The notes under the pieces were generated by a model. It saw only the letters and a list, made by a program, of their open reading frames with translations, ran no database searches and was not told the origin of the DNA. 64,000 nt of DNA from Kiloniellales bacterium. Its GTDB lineage: Bacteria; Pseudomonadota; Alphaproteobacteria; Kiloniellales; JAKSDN01. Each line of letters begins with the position of its first letter. Positions within the stretch are counted from its first letter, which is position 1. The position numbers and the translations under genes were made by a program. Positions 62,453 to 64,000 of this stretch are shown here, in pieces. The stretch is from the NCBI GenBank assembly GCA_030064845.1, contig JASJEC010000019.1, forward strand, positions 9,537-73,536, read 5' to 3'.

Positions 62453-62501
62453 GGGGCTGGCTCCGCTTGCGGCGGCCGGTGGGGCTGACCAGATTCAGGC
62501 C

Positions 62502-62870
62502 ATGGCCAAGACCAGAGTCTACTACAACTCGGCCTGCCCGGTCTGCGACGCCGGGATCCGCTTGCAGCGGCGCTCGCTGTCGGGTCGCGAGGCTGAGGTC
62601 GAATGGATCGACGTCCACGCCGACAACGCGGCCGCGGCCGAGGTCGGCGGGGATCTGGAGTTCGTGCGCGAGCGTCTCCACGTGGTCGACGGCGCCGGCA
62701 GGCTCAGGGTCGGCGCCGAGGCCTTCGTAGCGCTCTGGCGCCTCACGCCGGGGCAGGGCTGGCTGGCGCGGGTCGGCGCCCTGCCCCTGGTCCGCACGCT
62801 GTTCCGCTGGGCCTACAACGCCTTCGCCGCCGAGCTCTACCGCTGGAACCGGGCCCGGCGGCGCTGGTAG
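62502..62870 (+). CDS. DCC-family thiol-disulfide oxidoreductase (DUF393)
   Basis: 122 aa from the Met at 62502. VYYNSACPVCDAGI CxxC motif; C-terminal ...YNAFAAELYRWNR. Confidence 0.75.
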   Translation: MAKTRVYYNSACPVCDAGIRLQRRSLSGREAEVEWIDVHADNAAAAEVGGDLEFVRERLHVVDGAGRLRVGAEAFVALWRLTPGQGWLARVGALPLVRTLFRWAYNAFAAELYRWNRARRRW

Positions 62871-62905
62871 CCGGCAAGACCGCTATCCCCGCCGCTTGCG
62901 TGACT

Positions 62906-63847
62906 TCAGTGAAAGAAGGAAGCGGGGCAGCTCTCCTCGATGACCCGTTGCTGACGCGATGACAGGGCTGTCAGCATGTCGGTCTCGATGATCTCCTCCA
63001 AGAGACGGACCGAAACGCGGAACCGTGGCAGATAGCTGCGGTTGCTCGCGCCGTCCTTGAGCGGGCTGTGGTTGAGGTTCGGGAGCAGATAGGCATTGGC
63101 CCTTTGGCGTGCCGGATCGTAGATGATCTTGAACAGCCCGGCGGGAACGGCCACCCCGGCCTCGCAGCGCACCGTGGCGTCGTCATCGTTCGCGTCGCAG
63201 ATCGACTGCTTCGCCGGGGCCGGAAGCCGGATCTCCGCGCCACAAGGGTTGCTCGTGGCAGGTAGCAGGATCTCGTCGCCGCTGGCTGGCTGATAGACCG
63301 GGCCGCTGATCACATAAATCACGCCGCGCGAACGAGCCACATCTCGGACCAAGCCTTCGAGACCGGACCACACACCGCTGTTGAAGCCGGCCCCGATCTG
63401 CGGCAAGGCGTTGGAGTAGACGAAGGTGCCCTTCATCATATCGAGGTCGAAGTTGTAGTCCTCCGAGGCCGCCTGATGGCCCCGCGCAAAGCTGCTGTTT
63501 GTGTAGTCCTGATTCCTCGCGCGGCGGTCCCTGGGCGCCGCTCTTTCCTGCACGAAGCTTTTCTTGGGCCGGTGATTGTCGCCGCTGACCTGCTCGGCCG
63601 TCATCCTTTGCAGCACCCAGTCGGGGGTCTTGGTCGTGTTGTTGTGGAGGGTGAGAAATCCGTCGTGGCAGACATGAACGAAGTCGCCTTCGCCGAAGTC
63701 CTTCTCAATGCCGGGCAGCCCGATCTCTTCCCAGAGTTCTCGGCAGGTCTCCGGGTCGGTCACCTCCTGGGCCCCGGCCGAGCCGAGCAGGGCAGCTGCA
63801 AGGATCGGAACGGCCGAACAGATCGCCAATTGAGTCTTTCGGAACAC
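62906..63847 (-). CDS. Secreted DNA/RNA non-specific endonuclease (Serratia nuclease / NUC1 family)
   Basis: 313 aa with a GTG start after ggag. Signal LAICSAVPILAAALLGSAGA; FARGHQAAS (DRGH-type) and SNALPQ (metal Asn) motifs. Confidence 0.82.
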   Translation of the reverse strand: MFRKTQLAICSAVPILAAALLGSAGAQEVTDPETCRELWEEIGLPGIEKDFGEGDFVHVCHDGFLTLHNNTTKTPDWVLQRMTAEQVSGDNHRPKKSFVQERAAPRDRRARNQDYTNSSFARGHQAASEDYNFDLDMMKGTFVYSNALPQIGAGFNSGVWSGLEGLVRDVARSRGVIYVISGPVYQPASGDEILLPATSNPCGAEIRLPAPAKQSICDANDDDATVRCEAGVAVPAGLFKIIYDPARQRANAYLLPNLNHSPLKDGASNRSYLPRFRVSVRLLEEIIETDMLTALSSRQQRVIEESCPASFFH

Positions 63848-63865
63848 GGCTCGCCTACTCCATGC

Positions 63866-64000
63866 CTAACCCGGCTGTTGCGGAGCGTCTGGCTTCTTGT
63901 CGCCCTGCTTGCCCTTGTCCTTTTGACTGCCGACCGCCTTGGACACCACGAAGCTGCCGCCGCTGATGCCCAGGAGACCGAGCACGTTTGTCGGGATCTC
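63866..64000 (-). CDS. 3' end of an unidentified gene running off the right edge
   Basis: The reverse frame is open to the window edge: ...EIPTNVLGLLGISGGSFVVSKAVGSQKDKGKQGDKKPDAPQQPG*. The stop is at 63866-63868, 18 nt upstream of the nuclease start. Confidence 0.4.
   Translation of the reverse strand, partial: EIPTNVLGLLGISGGSFVVSKAVGSQKDKGKQGDKKPDAPQQPG

Noticed and set aside
1-64000. CRISPR arrays, rRNA genes, prophage or IS transposase genes.
   Set aside because: No regularly spaced direct repeats, rRNA-like sequence or transposase/integrase-like ORFs were seen. All repeats are dispersed single palindromic units.

Overview
GC-rich window (about two-thirds G+C by eye, not computed). It looks like an alphaproteobacterial chromosome segment; that assignment is an inference from gene content and the dispersed palindromic repeat families. 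I support about 62 protein-coding genes, one tRNA-Pro(CGG), one MITE-like insertion and four or five families of intergenic palindromic repeats. There is no rRNA, CRISPR array, prophage, integrase or transposase.

Content from left to right:
- GMC oxidoreductase, ureohydrolase, SDR and esterase genes.
- A TetR gene divergent from a fatty-acid hydroxylase.
- A translationally coupled ArsR / GbsR-like / desaturase / ACT operon.
- A phosphonoacetate hydrolase plus aldehyde dehydrogenase pair.
- yghU.
- Split AcnX plus NnrU.
- An Lrp-controlled citrulline/ornithine -> proline -> glutamate block (ocd, ctlX-like, putA).
- A polyamine-type ABC importer with a PuuE-like deacetylase, interrupted by the MITE.
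- A BtpA-like TIM-barrel and APRT-like pair.
- dusA and DUF2336.
- A TRAP transporter plus amidase operon.
- A PEGA-like and patatin lipoprotein pair.
- tRNA-Pro.
- A Cys-less redoxin::2OG-oxygenase fusion.
- A pentapeptide-repeat protein.
- A giant AsmA-like protein with an internal peptidoglycan-binding module.
- An MscS-family channel and a beta-carbonic anhydrase.
- An unusual complex-II-like operon in sdhB-D-C-A order, coupled to a two-subunit Fe-S hydro-lyase.
- LysR, SDR, YHYH, DUF488 and DCC genes, and a secreted non-specific nuclease.

The most interesting items are (i) the complex-II-like/hydro-lyase module, whose flavoprotein has Cys at the position of the FAD-linking His; (ii) the 305-bp perfectly TIR-bounded, multiply hairpinned element inserted exactly between a stop and a start codon of the ABC operon; and (iii) the two-regulator desaturase operon, whose desaturase lacks a recognisable second His box.

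All functional calls rest on motif and similarity recognition by eye. No database search was run.
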